Below the pieces are notes generated by a model. The model did not search any database and had not been told where the DNA came from. It worked only from the letters and a program-made list of their open reading frames with translations. Shown here piece by piece: positions 1-8,944 of a stretch of 64,000 nt of DNA (position 1 is the stretch's first letter; each line of letters begins with the position of its first letter). Location of the stretch: positions 1 through 64,000 of IMG/VR virus record IMGVR_UViG_3300048592_000616. One strand, written 5' to 3'. The stretch comes from a virus. A program made the position numbers and the translations under genes.

Positions 1-360
1 CTATACCAGTACAACTACACCGGGCCGCGGTTCAGCAATGACCACGCCGTGACAATGCGCTCCATATGGAGCAACAGCATGGCCCGCCGCGCTGGGTTTG
101 TGCCCGTTGCTATCGCCGTTGACATCAACGCGCCGGACCCGCAATTGACCGATGACAGTTTGCCGCTTCAGCGCTTGCGTATCCCCGCCGGGTGCGCGGC
201 GTATGTGCTGGAGCATGAGCTGGAGAGTTAGCCATCATCCCGGCGACCGTCAAACCGCCGGAGTTGGGCGCCGCTGTTTCGGCGGCGTATCGGGTGCATA
301 CCAATTGTTGTGATCGAGAAAGGGGTCTGGACAACCCCGAAACAAAACCCGTAACGAGAC

Positions 361-402
361 GGGGGCGGGCTGGGTGCTAAGGCCCGCCCCCCCAGTTTTT
401 TT
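361..402 (+). terminator. Intrinsic terminator-like hairpin
   Basis: gggggcgggct...ggcccgccccc stem followed by agttttttt. Confidence 0.6.
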
Positions 403-414
403 GGAGATGTAATC

Positions 415-996
415 ATGTCTATAGCTTGGCATTTTGTGGGCGAAACACTGAGAGACGGGCGGCCAATCCCGCCTGATGGCGAATGGCTGGAGCATGACGG
501 CGACCTCGTGCTGTGCGAGTCCGGCTTGCACGCCAGCGAGCGCATCATCGACGCGTTGAAATACGCGCCGGGCGGGACCGTCTGCCGGGTGGAACTCGAT
601 GGTGAAATACTGAAAGACGACGACAAGGTTGTTGCCCGCCGCCGCCGCGTTTTGTGGCGCGTTGACGGCGAGGAAGTTTTACAGGCATTTTCCCGGCGCG
701 TGGCGTTGGACGTGGCGCACCTGTGGGATATGCCCGACGTTGTGCGGCAATACCTCGAAACGGGCGACGAATCAAAACGGTCCGCCGCATGGGCCGCCGC
801 ACGGTCCGCCGCACGGTCCGCCGCACGGGACGCCGCATGGGACGCCGCACGGGACGCCGCACGGGCCGCCGCATGGGCCGCCGCATGGGCCGCCGCATGG
901 GCCGCCGCAGGGGACGCCGCATGGGCCGCCGCATGGGACAAATGCAACACATGGCTTGAGGAAATGGTTGAGGCAGAGAAGGAGATGCAATCATGA
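415..996 (+). CDS. Phage hypothetical protein with AAW(A/D)/AAR(S/D) tetrapeptide repeats
   Basis: GGAG RBS; CESGLHAS motif and a 12-bp tandem repeat block, an architecture common in phage proteins. Confidence 0.8.
   Translation: MSIAWHFVGETLRDGRPIPPDGEWLEHDGDLVLCESGLHASERIIDALKYAPGGTVCRVELDGEILKDDDKVVARRRRVLWRVDGEEVLQAFSRRVALDVAHLWDMPDVVRQYLETGDESKRSAAWAAARSAARSAARDAAWDAARDAARAAAWAAAWAAAWAAAGDAAWAAAWDKCNTWLEEMVEAEKEMQS
784..939 (+). repeat. 12-bp coding tandem repeat (gccgcaYggNNc), about 13 units
   Basis: Read directly; in frame within 415..996. Confidence 0.9.
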
Positions 997-1151
997 GCGA
1001 CAACCGCCCCCTAACTTGGTACTACTGGCGCCCCGGCGCGGAAGACAAGTGGTGCTCTTGGCTTGAGACCGACGCGCCGCCCCTGTTTGCGCTGTACGAC
1101 GAGCGGCCGTTGCATGACATCATCCTGAAGCAGATAGCGAAGGAGTGCTAA
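993..1151 (+). CDS. Small hypothetical protein (52 aa, MSDNRPLTWYYW...)
   Basis: ATGA overlap with the upstream stop, AGGAG RBS, fills the gap exactly; too short for the ORF track. Confidence 0.55.
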   Translation: MSDNRPLTWYYWRPGAEDKWCSWLETDAPPLFALYDERPLHDIILKQIAKEC

Positions 1152-1877
1152 GTGGATCGACAAACCTTTGACGCAATGGAACCCAACGCCCGCGCAATGG
1201 TCCAGCATCTTATCGACGCCAGCGATGGCGGTTTGGCGTTGGACGATGTGCCGGACGAGGTGGCGCTGGTCAGTCTGCGCGAACCGACGGAGGCCGAGAA
1301 GGAGTACGGGGCACAGTTGGTCGGCCGTCTGAGAGAGCCTGAAACGTCTGGCCCGCCTCGCTCGAAGCAACGGCCGTTGCGCTCGGCACTGGCGGCCGTC
1401 CAGCACGACATCTGGGCGCACTGGATGCGCTACCTGTTCAGCGTCAGCAACAGGGGAGACGATGGATCGGTGCTGATCCCGGCCGACAAGGTGGAACGCT
1501 GGGAACGCCAGATGTACACCGACTACGATGATCTATCCGAGGAGGAACAGGCCAGCGATCTCGAGCAGGCCGACAAGGTCCTGAGCGTATTCGACGTTGT
1601 GGCCTACGACGCACCTGAATACATGAAAGGGCCGGAATGGGATGAGTGGCTGGAGGATAGCGCGCGCACCTTGGTCGGCGAGGATAAAAGGTGGGGACTA
1701 ATGTCGTCACGCGGCGCGTGCAAGCTGGTCAGCTGGGTCACTATTGCCGACTTGCTGACCCGGCTGCCGGAAGGCGAGCCGTTTGTATTCACCGTCACGG
1801 ATCGGCCGTTGGTCACGTTTGAGCTTGAGCGGCTGGCGCGTCGTGAGGCGCGGTTGGCAAGGGAGGCATATGGCTGA
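1152..1877 (+). CDS. Hypothetical protein with RyR-domain-like segment
   Basis: HDIWAHWMRY...YDDLSEEEQASD resembles phage RyR-repeat proteins; coupled to both neighbours. Confidence 0.55.
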   Translation: MDRQTFDAMEPNARAMVQHLIDASDGGLALDDVPDEVALVSLREPTEAEKEYGAQLVGRLREPETSGPPRSKQRPLRSALAAVQHDIWAHWMRYLFSVSNRGDDGSVLIPADKVERWERQMYTDYDDLSEEEQASDLEQADKVLSVFDVVAYDAPEYMKGPEWDEWLEDSARTLVGEDKRWGLMSSRGACKLVSWVTIADLLTRLPEGEPFVFTVTDRPLVTFELERLARREARLAREAYG

Positions 1878-2559
1878 GCAAACTTACCTGACACGTTACT
1901 TCGACCACCATCTGGGCGGCTCTCTGCCAACGGCAACCGGCGGTCTCCTAAGCGCATGTGCGGTCTGCGGCTTGGATACGGCCGACGATCTGGATGTTAA
2001 CAAGGTGTTACGGCCGACATTCACTGATCGCGATTTGCTGCGCGCGCCGGAGAGCCGGGTATGCTGCCAGTCATGCAGCGCTTACTTCGATCATCAGGAG
2101 CTTCGCCGCGAAAACTGGTGGCTGGCGGCCAAGCATGCCGAAACAATAAGCCGCAAGGCAATTCGACCGTACATCGACCGACTCCTGGCCGAACCGCTGC
2201 CGGAGTCCGGCTACTTTCTGGTGACAACTGCCAAGCGTAAGCATATCGGCTTGCGCGCGCCGCTGAACGTCGCCGGGAACCGCCATTTGAAAGTGCAGTT
2301 TGAGCTAGCCACGCTGGAGATCGACGCGTCGCGTTGGAGCTTGCTAACTGCCGCCTGTGACACCTTGCGTCGCCATCACACTTGGCAGGAAATAACCGGC
2401 GACGGCTACCAGTCCTGGCGGCTGGCCAAATGGCAAGACGCCATTGACGAGTTCGCCGCCGCACGCGATGCCATCCGGCCGTTTTTACGCACGCCATACC
2501 TGGACTTGGTGCAATTCTGTGGCGATCTCGCCGCAAAGGAAGAAGAGGATGCCGACTAA
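1870..2559 (+). CDS. csf1: Type IV CRISPR-associated Csf1 (Cas8-like, Zn-binding)
   Basis: GGAGG RBS and ATG at 1870; CAVCG...TFTDRD...VCCQSC, KRKH..RAPLN and QEITGDGY motifs; first gene of the csf operon. Confidence 0.8.
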   Translation: MAEQTYLTRYFDHHLGGSLPTATGGLLSACAVCGLDTADDLDVNKVLRPTFTDRDLLRAPESRVCCQSCSAYFDHQELRRENWWLAAKHAETISRKAIRPYIDRLLAEPLPESGYFLVTTAKRKHIGLRAPLNVAGNRHLKVQFELATLEIDASRWSLLTAACDTLRRHHTWQEITGDGYQSWRLAKWQDAIDEFAAARDAIRPFLRTPYLDLVQFCGDLAAKEEEDAD

Positions 2560-2971
2560 AGAAGAGTTGACCGTTATCGCCGGTGGGGCGATGGCTGATG
2601 AGTATTATGAGACATGGCTGCTGCTGGTCATTGTCTGGCGCAACATTTGGCGCAATTCGCGCACCGACTGGTCGCGCTACCGGTTGCGCGTCTGGGACAT
2701 GTTCAGTGATCGCGTGCGGTTGTCCGCGCGCATGGGGCGGGGGGTAGACGGTTTCATCTCCGAGATATGCGGCCACTTTCATATCAACGCGCTGGGCGTG
2801 AACAACGATGAGCGCGCGGCCGTCCAGAAACTGCTGGCCCTGCCCGTCGATGACCACCGGCGGATGATGAACCATCTACGAAACAATGCGCCGGTGGTCA
2901 TCGCGTTCCTGCGAATTTATCGTGACGCCGTGCGCGCCGAACTTGAAGGAGAGAGCAATGAAAAAGCGTAA
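2549..2971 (+). CDS. cas11: Type IV-B small subunit, Cas11/Csf4-like
   Basis: About 140 aa, helical, WDMFSDRVRLSAR...FISEIC; lies between csf1 and csf2 with overlapping start/stop. Confidence 0.7.
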   Translation: MPTKEELTVIAGGAMADEYYETWLLLVIVWRNIWRNSRTDWSRYRLRVWDMFSDRVRLSARMGRGVDGFISEICGHFHINALGVNNDERAAVQKLLALPVDDHRRMMNHLRNNAPVVIAFLRIYRDAVRAELEGESNEKA

Positions 2972-3902
2972 CATCATCCGTATTGCCGGTATTGCCACGC
3001 TGTCCGAGCCGCTTATCCACGGCGGCGAACGCAGCGGCGGCACCGTCACCGAGTTTCGCCGTGAAAAAGTCCGCGTAGACGGCGCGTTTGAGTACCTGCC
3101 GGTCTACTCCGGCAATGCCGTGGCCGGTCTGACGCGCGACAACTGCGCCTTCTGGTGCCTGGACCAGTTGCCGAACTTCAGTAAGTTCACCGATCTTCGC
3201 GCGTTCGACTTGCTCACCGGCGGCGGCCATCTAACGGCCGCCAAGGGAGACAAGTACGTCAACCTGTTTGAAGAAGCCGAGCTGCGTGAGATGTTCCCGG
3301 TCATCTCGCTGTTCGGCGGTAGCATCGGTAACCGCATTCTCGGCGGCCGTCTCGACTTCGCTAACTGGGTACCAATCTGTCAGGAGTGGCGCGACTACCT
3401 GCCGGAAGATATCCGGCCGCGGGCCGACGGCGTGTATATGTCCGACTTGTTGCAGGTGCTCAATTGGACGCGGCGCGACGACAAAAAGAACCGCGCCATG
3501 CAGGACCTGATCGACGCCGACACGCTGGCAGACTGGCAGCGTGAGACCGGCGAGCGCACCGAAAACGACGAGGCCGAGACAAGCGGCACGGCGATGTCCA
3601 TGCGCTATGGCTATGAAGCGCTGGCCACCGGCACGGAGTTGTATGTCGAGATGACCTTGCGCAACCCGTCTGATGTGGAACTCGGCGTGTTCTTCGGTGG
3701 TCTGACGTACTTCTACGAACGGCCGAAGATCGGCGGTCGCGGTAGTCGCGGTTGCGGCCGGGTCAGGCTGGACTTGCGCCAGTACAAAGTCACCGGCCCG
3801 GCGCAAATCGAAGAACCGATGGCTATCGGCGCTATGGAAGCGGCCGCCGCGCACTTGGCCGCGCATGAGGTGCAAATTCTGGAGGCGTTCAAGTCACTAT
3901 GA
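2958..3902 (+). CDS. csf2: Type IV CRISPR backbone RAMP protein Csf2 (Cas7)
   Basis: PLIHG, PVYSGNAVAGLTRD, LLTGGG, PVISLFGGS, TRRDD, YEALATGT and G-rich loop IGGRGSRGCG. Confidence 0.9.
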   Translation: MKKRNIIRIAGIATLSEPLIHGGERSGGTVTEFRREKVRVDGAFEYLPVYSGNAVAGLTRDNCAFWCLDQLPNFSKFTDLRAFDLLTGGGHLTAAKGDKYVNLFEEAELREMFPVISLFGGSIGNRILGGRLDFANWVPICQEWRDYLPEDIRPRADGVYMSDLLQVLNWTRRDDKKNRAMQDLIDADTLADWQRETGERTENDEAETSGTAMSMRYGYEALATGTELYVEMTLRNPSDVELGVFFGGLTYFYERPKIGGRGSRGCGRVRLDLRQYKVTGPAQIEEPMAIGAMEAAAAHLAAHEVQILEAFKSL

Positions 3903-4732
3903 ACCACTATGAGCCGTTACGTGTCGTCGCCGAACTGCGCAGCCAGGTGATGGTGGAGCGATGGCCGATGCTGGACGCCGTCATGGCCGCCACGGTGATT
4001 GACGACGGCCAGTCACGCGAACGCGCCCGACAAGCGCGCCGGTACTACTTCTATCTCAAGAACTGCCGCAAACACGGCCGTCAGGAAACCGACGACTGGT
4101 ACCGGAAGAGCGAGAAATATGGTTATATCCCGGAGCCGGTCTGGAACGGCCACTTTCTGCCGCTTGGCGTCTTCGGTCACGGCCTGGAACACGGCGTCTG
4201 GACTTACCGCTGCTCCACGGCCACGCCGGTTGGTGACTATGAGCTGGACACCGTCCACTTCACCAAGCGCATCGACTGGCTTGGTGCGGTGGACTACGTT
4301 CAGGCCGCCGACCGGAAGATAAACATCGGCAAAGGCGCGTTCGTATCGCAGTACATACCGTATCAGACCGTCGCCGTGGAGGCGCTGGAATGGCACATCT
4401 TCGGCGTGGCCGAGGAAGTGGGGGCCATCCTTGACGCTGCGCTGAGCATCGGCAAGAAACGGAGGCGCGGTTACGGGGTCATCAAGCGCTGGCACATCGA
4501 ACAGGCGGCCGACGACGAGTCGGTGTTCACGCGCGACGGCTACCTCGCCCGGCCGGTGCCGGTGGACCTGCTCGATGAGATGCACATTACCGGCGACTTC
4601 GAAAAGGAATTCTGCGGCTTTCGGCCGCCGTATTGGCAATATAAAAACATTCGCACCTGCGCCGTGCGCGGCCGGAGGCAAGACCATGCGTTGGATGAAG
4701 CGCGATCTCAGACCGGTCGCCAACCTGTATAA
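3899..4732 (+). CDS. csf3: Type IV CRISPR RAMP protein Csf3 (Cas5)
   Basis: PLRVVAEL, LDAVMA, IGKKRRRGYG glycine loop, RPVP and RPPYW; follows csf2. Confidence 0.85.
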   Translation: MNHYEPLRVVAELRSQVMVERWPMLDAVMAATVIDDGQSRERARQARRYYFYLKNCRKHGRQETDDWYRKSEKYGYIPEPVWNGHFLPLGVFGHGLEHGVWTYRCSTATPVGDYELDTVHFTKRIDWLGAVDYVQAADRKINIGKGAFVSQYIPYQTVAVEALEWHIFGVAEEVGAILDAALSIGKKRRRGYGVIKRWHIEQAADDESVFTRDGYLARPVPVDLLDEMHITGDFEKEFCGFRPPYWQYKNIRTCAVRGRRQDHALDEARSQTGRQPV

Positions 4733-5384
4733 CGACAAGACGGTAGATCACTTCATTGCCGTCAAACACGCCTGGGCGTGGCAGGCTGTTCGACATCTGC
4801 GGCCGTCACCACGGGTTCTAGAGACAAATGCCGGGTATGGTTGGCTAACAGTAACCTACGGCACGGCCGGAGCGCGGGTGACAGCAATAGACCGCGATGC
4901 TGCCGCAGTCGAGTGTTTGCGCATTAACACAACCGGTTTGGAGACCGTTTGCATCCACGGCGACAACAAGCTTATTGCCGAGCGGCCGCTGGGACCGTTT
5001 GACATCATCGATATCGACGCCACCGCCTCACCGCAACCAATGCTGGATGCGGTTCTCCACCACTACCGGCCGCCAATTCTATTTGTTACCTTCGGCGATG
5101 TGTTGCACTTTCGCCTCAATCGCGGCACCGAACTCAAGTCCGGGTTGGCGCGATATGGCGATACGTGGCGGAACCATCAGCATGAGTTAACACGTGGTGC
5201 ACAGAACTTCGGTGAAGTCATCGGGTTTAATTACATTCGCAGCGCTTGGCCGGATGCCATTTTGTCGGCCTGCCACATCTGGCCGATGACCGGATCGACG
5301 CGGTTGGCCGTTACGCTTGGTACCGATCTTAAGCTGATGACCGTGGATGAGGCGGTTGTGTGGAGCATGGTGCAGCAACAATGA
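4686..5384 (+). CDS. Class I SAM-dependent methyltransferase, Trm1-like
   Basis: GGAGG RBS; motif I VLETNAGYG, AIDRD, FDIIDIDATASP (compare Trm1 FDxIDLDPYGSP). Confidence 0.7.
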   Translation: MRWMKRDLRPVANLYNDKTVDHFIAVKHAWAWQAVRHLRPSPRVLETNAGYGWLTVTYGTAGARVTAIDRDAAAVECLRINTTGLETVCIHGDNKLIAERPLGPFDIIDIDATASPQPMLDAVLHHYRPPILFVTFGDVLHFRLNRGTELKSGLARYGDTWRNHQHELTRGAQNFGEVIGFNYIRSAWPDAILSACHIWPMTGSTRLAVTLGTDLKLMTVDEAVVWSMVQQQ

Positions 5385-6088
5385 TCTACGTGACCCCAGT
5401 GCCACGCGAGCTGCGCGGCCGTCTGACATCTCTGTGCCGCCTCTACGCCTACCCGGCCGAACCGGAAGCCCCGCCCCCGGATGGCTTTGCTATCCTCGAC
5501 AGCGGCGCTTTCGGCCTATCCCAGCGCGGCGAGAAGATGACGCCGCGCTGGATGCGTGGTTTGGCCGAGCACTACCGTCGTCACGGCGGCGAGCGAGTCG
5601 TCTGTATCGCGCCGGACGTGTTCTTGGACCCGGCCGCGACGGTGGCGAACTGGCACTGGTGGCAAAAAGAGCCCGTTGTGACCGTCGCGCCGGTGATCCA
5701 GTTCCGGCACAAGCGCAAGCTGGACGTATACACCGCTATCCAACAAGCCAAAGCCTATGCTCCCGCCCGTCCACCGTTCGTCGCCATATCTAACCCCGGC
5801 CTGCGCGCCGTCGAATGCCGCGACCTGATGCCGGTCATCTGCGCGCAAGTCAGAGCCATCACCGGCGCGAAGTGGCTCCACAACCTCGGCGCGGGCTGGG
5901 ACATGGCCGATATCCACGCCTGGCGCAACCTCGGCTGCTTTGATTCCATCGACTCCATTGCTTACTACACGGCCGCACAAGACGGCATTGACTGGTCCGC
6001 CCGGGGAGCGACCACCTGGCCGGAGCGGGCGGCGCACAATGCATTAGCGGCACAACCAGTTTCCGAAACTGGTCATCAAACCTATTGA
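5381..6088 (+). CDS. tRNA-guanine transglycosylase/DpdA-like TIM-barrel protein
   Basis: ILDSGAF, APDV, PVIQ, HNLGAG and FDSIDS motifs in the TGT-fold order; ATGA-coupled to the methyltransferase. Confidence 0.7.
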   Translation: MIYVTPVPRELRGRLTSLCRLYAYPAEPEAPPPDGFAILDSGAFGLSQRGEKMTPRWMRGLAEHYRRHGGERVVCIAPDVFLDPAATVANWHWWQKEPVVTVAPVIQFRHKRKLDVYTAIQQAKAYAPARPPFVAISNPGLRAVECRDLMPVICAQVRAITGAKWLHNLGAGWDMADIHAWRNLGCFDSIDSIAYYTAAQDGIDWSARGATTWPERAAHNALAAQPVSETGHQTY

Positions 6089-6113
6089 CACTGTACACAC
6101 GGTGGTGTATACT
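6085..6113 (+). promoter_or_regulatory. Sigma70-type promoter
   Basis: TTGACA-17 bp-TATACT, overlapped by a gtacacac...gtgtgtac inverted repeat. Confidence 0.7.
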
Positions 6114-6165
6114 GTGTGTACGGTTAAGCAATCGAGCATGACCGAAGCAAGATAGGAGACACGAA

Positions 6166-6390
6166 ATGCAGGTATACGAGGTTACTTTCAAAGCGAATGA
6201 AGATGGACTCGGCCCGACGCTGAATCTGAAGCTTGATTACGACAAGGGCGAGTGGATGGAGCCGGTTGACACCGACGACGACGGCAATGAAGTATACGCT
6301 ATTTACAGCATATACAGCATTGACCAATTGCTCGACAATGCGCCGAATGTCATCAAGTACATCATCCACGATGAAATAGATGAGGCGTAA
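6166..6390 (+). CDS. Small acidic hypothetical protein
   Basis: AGGAG RBS directly after the promoter. Confidence 0.7.
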   Translation: MQVYEVTFKANEDGLGPTLNLKLDYDKGEWMEPVDTDDDGNEVYAIYSIYSIDQLLDNAPNVIKYIIHDEIDEA

Positions 6391-6403
6391 CAGGAGAAAC
6401 GAA

Positions 6404-6637
6404 ATGGCAAGCAGCGTTTATATTCGAAAAGTTACACAAGGAAAACCGGCCAACCAAACGCTGGTATCGGCCGTTTGTGTCGAAGACGGCGTGGCGGTTG
6501 CACAGTGGTCCTACATCAAGAACGGCAATGGCGGCTTTATCAACGAGCCGCAAGATTTGGTCGGTGCGAGTTTGTCTGAAATTCTCAAGTGTGGCTACCA
6601 TCGAGACATGAGCCTCGCGTTCGAGGACTGGGGCTAA
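6404..6637 (+). CDS. Hypothetical protein
   Basis: AGGAG RBS; TAATG coupling to the next gene. Confidence 0.65.
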   Translation: MASSVYIRKVTQGKPANQTLVSAVCVEDGVAVAQWSYIKNGNGGFINEPQDLVGASLSEILKCGYHRDMSLAFEDWG

Positions 6638-7020
6638 TGGCCCGACCCGACCGATTTTCCATTAGCCTCGGCGCTGACCACGAGCAGCGCCGAGGCGCTT
6701 TGAACGACCTGGCGGCCGATATGCAAGCCATCGGCCGCAACGGGGTGCCGAGCGTCTCGGCGCTCATCTCTGCGCTGGCCGACGCCTACAGCGACCGGCC
6801 GGAGTTGGTGGCGGCCGGGCTGATAGCGCTGCTTGAAGCGGCGCGCGATCCGGCCGAGCGCGACACAGACGGTAACGTTATCCGCGTCCGGTTGTGGCCG
6901 GACCCGGAACGCGAAGACGGCTGGGTCTACGGCGACCCAACAGACTACGACCCGCGCCAAGTGGCGGCGATACGGCCGCCGTATGGCGTGGACTACTATG
7001 ATGAGGATGAAGAAGAATGA
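6637..7020 (+). CDS. Hypothetical protein, possible N-terminal ribbon-helix-helix
   Basis: RFSISL strand followed by helices (VSALISALAD); coupled start. Confidence 0.6.
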   Translation: MARPDRFSISLGADHEQRRGALNDLAADMQAIGRNGVPSVSALISALADAYSDRPELVAAGLIALLEAARDPAERDTDGNVIRVRLWPDPEREDGWVYGDPTDYDPRQVAAIRPPYGVDYYDEDEEE

Positions 7021-7071
7021 CCGGCCCATGTGCGGCCGTGGCCTCGACCGGGCCTGGCGAGTGGCCTCATC

Positions 7072-7090
7072 AGAACACCCGTGCTATAAT
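7072..7090 (+). promoter_or_regulatory. LexA-box-like site overlapping an extended -10
   Basis: AGAAC-accc-GTGCT overlapping TGcTATAAT. Confidence 0.55.
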
Positions 7091-7214
7091 TCTGGTCAAT
7101 AACAAAGCGTCCTGGCGAGTGCGTCAACACTCCCAGGACATGGCGACTGGTATCAGCAGTCACGGAATAGAGTCTAACCGACGCCTCCGCGACTGGCAAC
7201 CGTGGAGGCGTTTC

Positions 7215-7625
7215 ATGTTTTACATTTATGGGTTACGCGAGAAAGGCAGTGATGAGTATCGGTACGTTGGGTCTACGGTCGATATGCAGCGTCGGTGGTG
7301 GGGTCACATCCGAGGCATCGAGAACCCAGAAACGTCCGGGAACCCGCCGCTGTACGAGTGGCTGGGTGGACTATACGGCTTTGAGATGGACTGCCTGGAA
7401 GAAGTCGCCGAAGATCGGCGTGCCAAAGAAGAACGGTGGATCAATAAGCTCCGCGGTGAAGGTCACCGACTATTCAACATCCGGTCCGCGGCCGTTATGG
7501 TGATCGGCATAGCAGATATGTCGAACGAAACCAAGAGGGGTGTCGTCGCGCAGTACCTGGATAAGTTTGGTGACGACCACGATGGGCCTTGGATGAAAGA
7601 GGCCAAATGGGTTTACATCGTCTAA
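7215..7625 (+). CDS. GIY-YIG family endonuclease
   Basis: YIYGL...RYVGST, RRWWGH, KEERWI and LFN motifs. Confidence 0.85.
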   Translation: MFYIYGLREKGSDEYRYVGSTVDMQRRWWGHIRGIENPETSGNPPLYEWLGGLYGFEMDCLEEVAEDRRAKEERWINKLRGEGHRLFNIRSAAVMVIGIADMSNETKRGVVAQYLDKFGDDHDGPWMKEAKWVYIV

Positions 7626-7696
7626 ACCTATACTTGCTCAAATATCCATTATAATAAGTATGACTATCCAAGCAGGGGTGGCTTATCCCCCGCCCT

Positions 7697-8044
7697 ATGG
7701 AGATGACAATGATTCCTGAAAACGATGATGCACCCGACTTTTCGTTTTACGAGATATACAGGCTCGTGTTTGAGCGGCGCAACGCCGCTCACTCTATACC
7801 CGGTGAGATGTATGTCCTGGGCACGTGCCTAGAGGATGCAATGGATCGCTTCAATGCGTATGCCGACCACCGAACGATCAGCACTTGGCGCGGCGAGGTG
7901 GTTGTTATTAGCAGCGTTGGTCGCCTTGGTGACATTGAGGTCATGCACACGCTGGAGACGACGGCCGAAGACGACGCCGCGGATCGACTCCATCCATCCC
8001 CTGCCCGGCCTGCGCCGAAAGGGTCCGCGGTCAGGTCGGGCTAG
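7697..8044 (+). CDS. Hypothetical protein
   Basis: ORF with a GGAG RBS (true start may be 7709); its 3' end runs into a duplicated gene remnant. Confidence 0.55.
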   Translation: MEMTMIPENDDAPDFSFYEIYRLVFERRNAAHSIPGEMYVLGTCLEDAMDRFNAYADHRTISTWRGEVVVISSVGRLGDIEVMHTLETTAEDDAADRLHPSPARPAPKGSAVRSG

Positions 8045-8160
8045 TAATTCGCGTCAACCGCAAGACCGACACCGGCGCGGCCGCAGCGGCATCTACGTCT
8101 GCGACGAGGACATCGCGGGCTGGGCCTTCCTACCTGCGCACATCCCGCCACAAGGAGAAG
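7992..8160 (+). pseudogene. Degenerate copy of the Zn-finger gene 8514..8750
   Basis: 27 bp identical (7992-8018 = 8540-8566) and 17 bp identical (8050-8066 = 8598-8614) at the same 58-bp spacing; no start codon of its own. Confidence 0.7.
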
Positions 8161-8161
8161 C

Positions 8162-8362
8162 ATGAACAATAACTTGCCGGAAATGGTTGGAACCTTTTTT
8201 GTCAACGTGGCGATCATCGGCCTATTGACGGTGCTTCTGTCTGCATTTGCGTGGGGCGTGGTCAACCACCCTGTCCCCACAGCAATTGTCGTAATTGCGG
8301 CGGCCGCGCTCTGGGCGATGATCATTGCCTTTACCCGGCCGCCGAACGATCCAATGATATGA
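8162..8362 (+). CDS. Small two-TM membrane protein
   Basis: AAGGAG RBS; two hydrophobic helices. Confidence 0.65.
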   Translation: MNNNLPEMVGTFFVNVAIIGLLTVLLSAFAWGVVNHPVPTAIVVIAAAALWAMIIAFTRPPNDPMI

Positions 8363-8513
8363 GCACCCCCGTCCCCGCCCCGGCCTGCGCCGACAGCAAC
8401 GCGGCCGCGCCTGCCCCGTCGGGCGCTAGGAGCATCGCTGCCCACACGGAATATACCCGACGTTCGCGACCGAGGAACAGGCGCGACCGTGCCCACAGTA
8501 TACCGGAGAAGTT

Positions 8514-8750
8514 ATGAACACCCAACCGACCCCCACCCTATCCATCCCCTGCCCGGCCTGCGCCGAGAGCGGCCGCGGGCACACCCTGCTCGTCGTCCGC
8601 GTCAACCGCAAGACGGGCACCGAATTCCTGGCCTGCCCGGAGTGGCCGGAGTGCACATATACTCAGCCGATCCCGGAGAGCGTCCTCATGCGCCTCGCCG
8701 GGCAGCCGACGCTGTTCGACACGGCCGCGCCCCAAGGAGAGACCTCATGA
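8514..8750 (+). CDS. Topoisomerase C4-type zinc-ribbon protein
   Basis: CPAC...LVVRVNRKTGTEFLACPEWPECTYT. Confidence 0.8.
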   Translation: MNTQPTPTLSIPCPACAESGRGHTLLVVRVNRKTGTEFLACPEWPECTYTQPIPESVLMRLAGQPTLFDTAAPQGETS

Positions 8751-8944
8751 GCGCCGCCCCCGGCCCCTCAGAGCGAGTCCTGGAGACCGACCGCTGGATC
8801 ATCGACCGGGAAAGCGACGGAACGTATACAGTCGTCGATATGCACGGCCGGTCGGTGCTGACCGGCATCCCGACGATCGAGGACGCCTACGCCGAAACCG
8901 GGCACCCGGCACCGGACGACACCCAGCCGGAGCAAACCCCATGA
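8747..8944 (+). CDS. Hypothetical protein
   Basis: AAGGAG RBS; ATGA overlaps on both sides. Confidence 0.55.
   Translation: MSAAPGPSERVLETDRWIIDRESDGTYTVVDMHGRSVLTGIPTIEDAYAETGHPAPDDTQPEQTP

Noticed and set aside
232-345. tRNA gene
   Set aside because: Hairpins are present but there is no cloverleaf with a T-loop GTTC and acceptor stem. No tRNA or rRNA was recognised anywhere in the window.
784-939. 12-bp tandem repeat as a guide array or DGR variable region
   Set aside because: It is an in-frame coding repeat typical of this protein family, and no reverse transcriptase is in the window.
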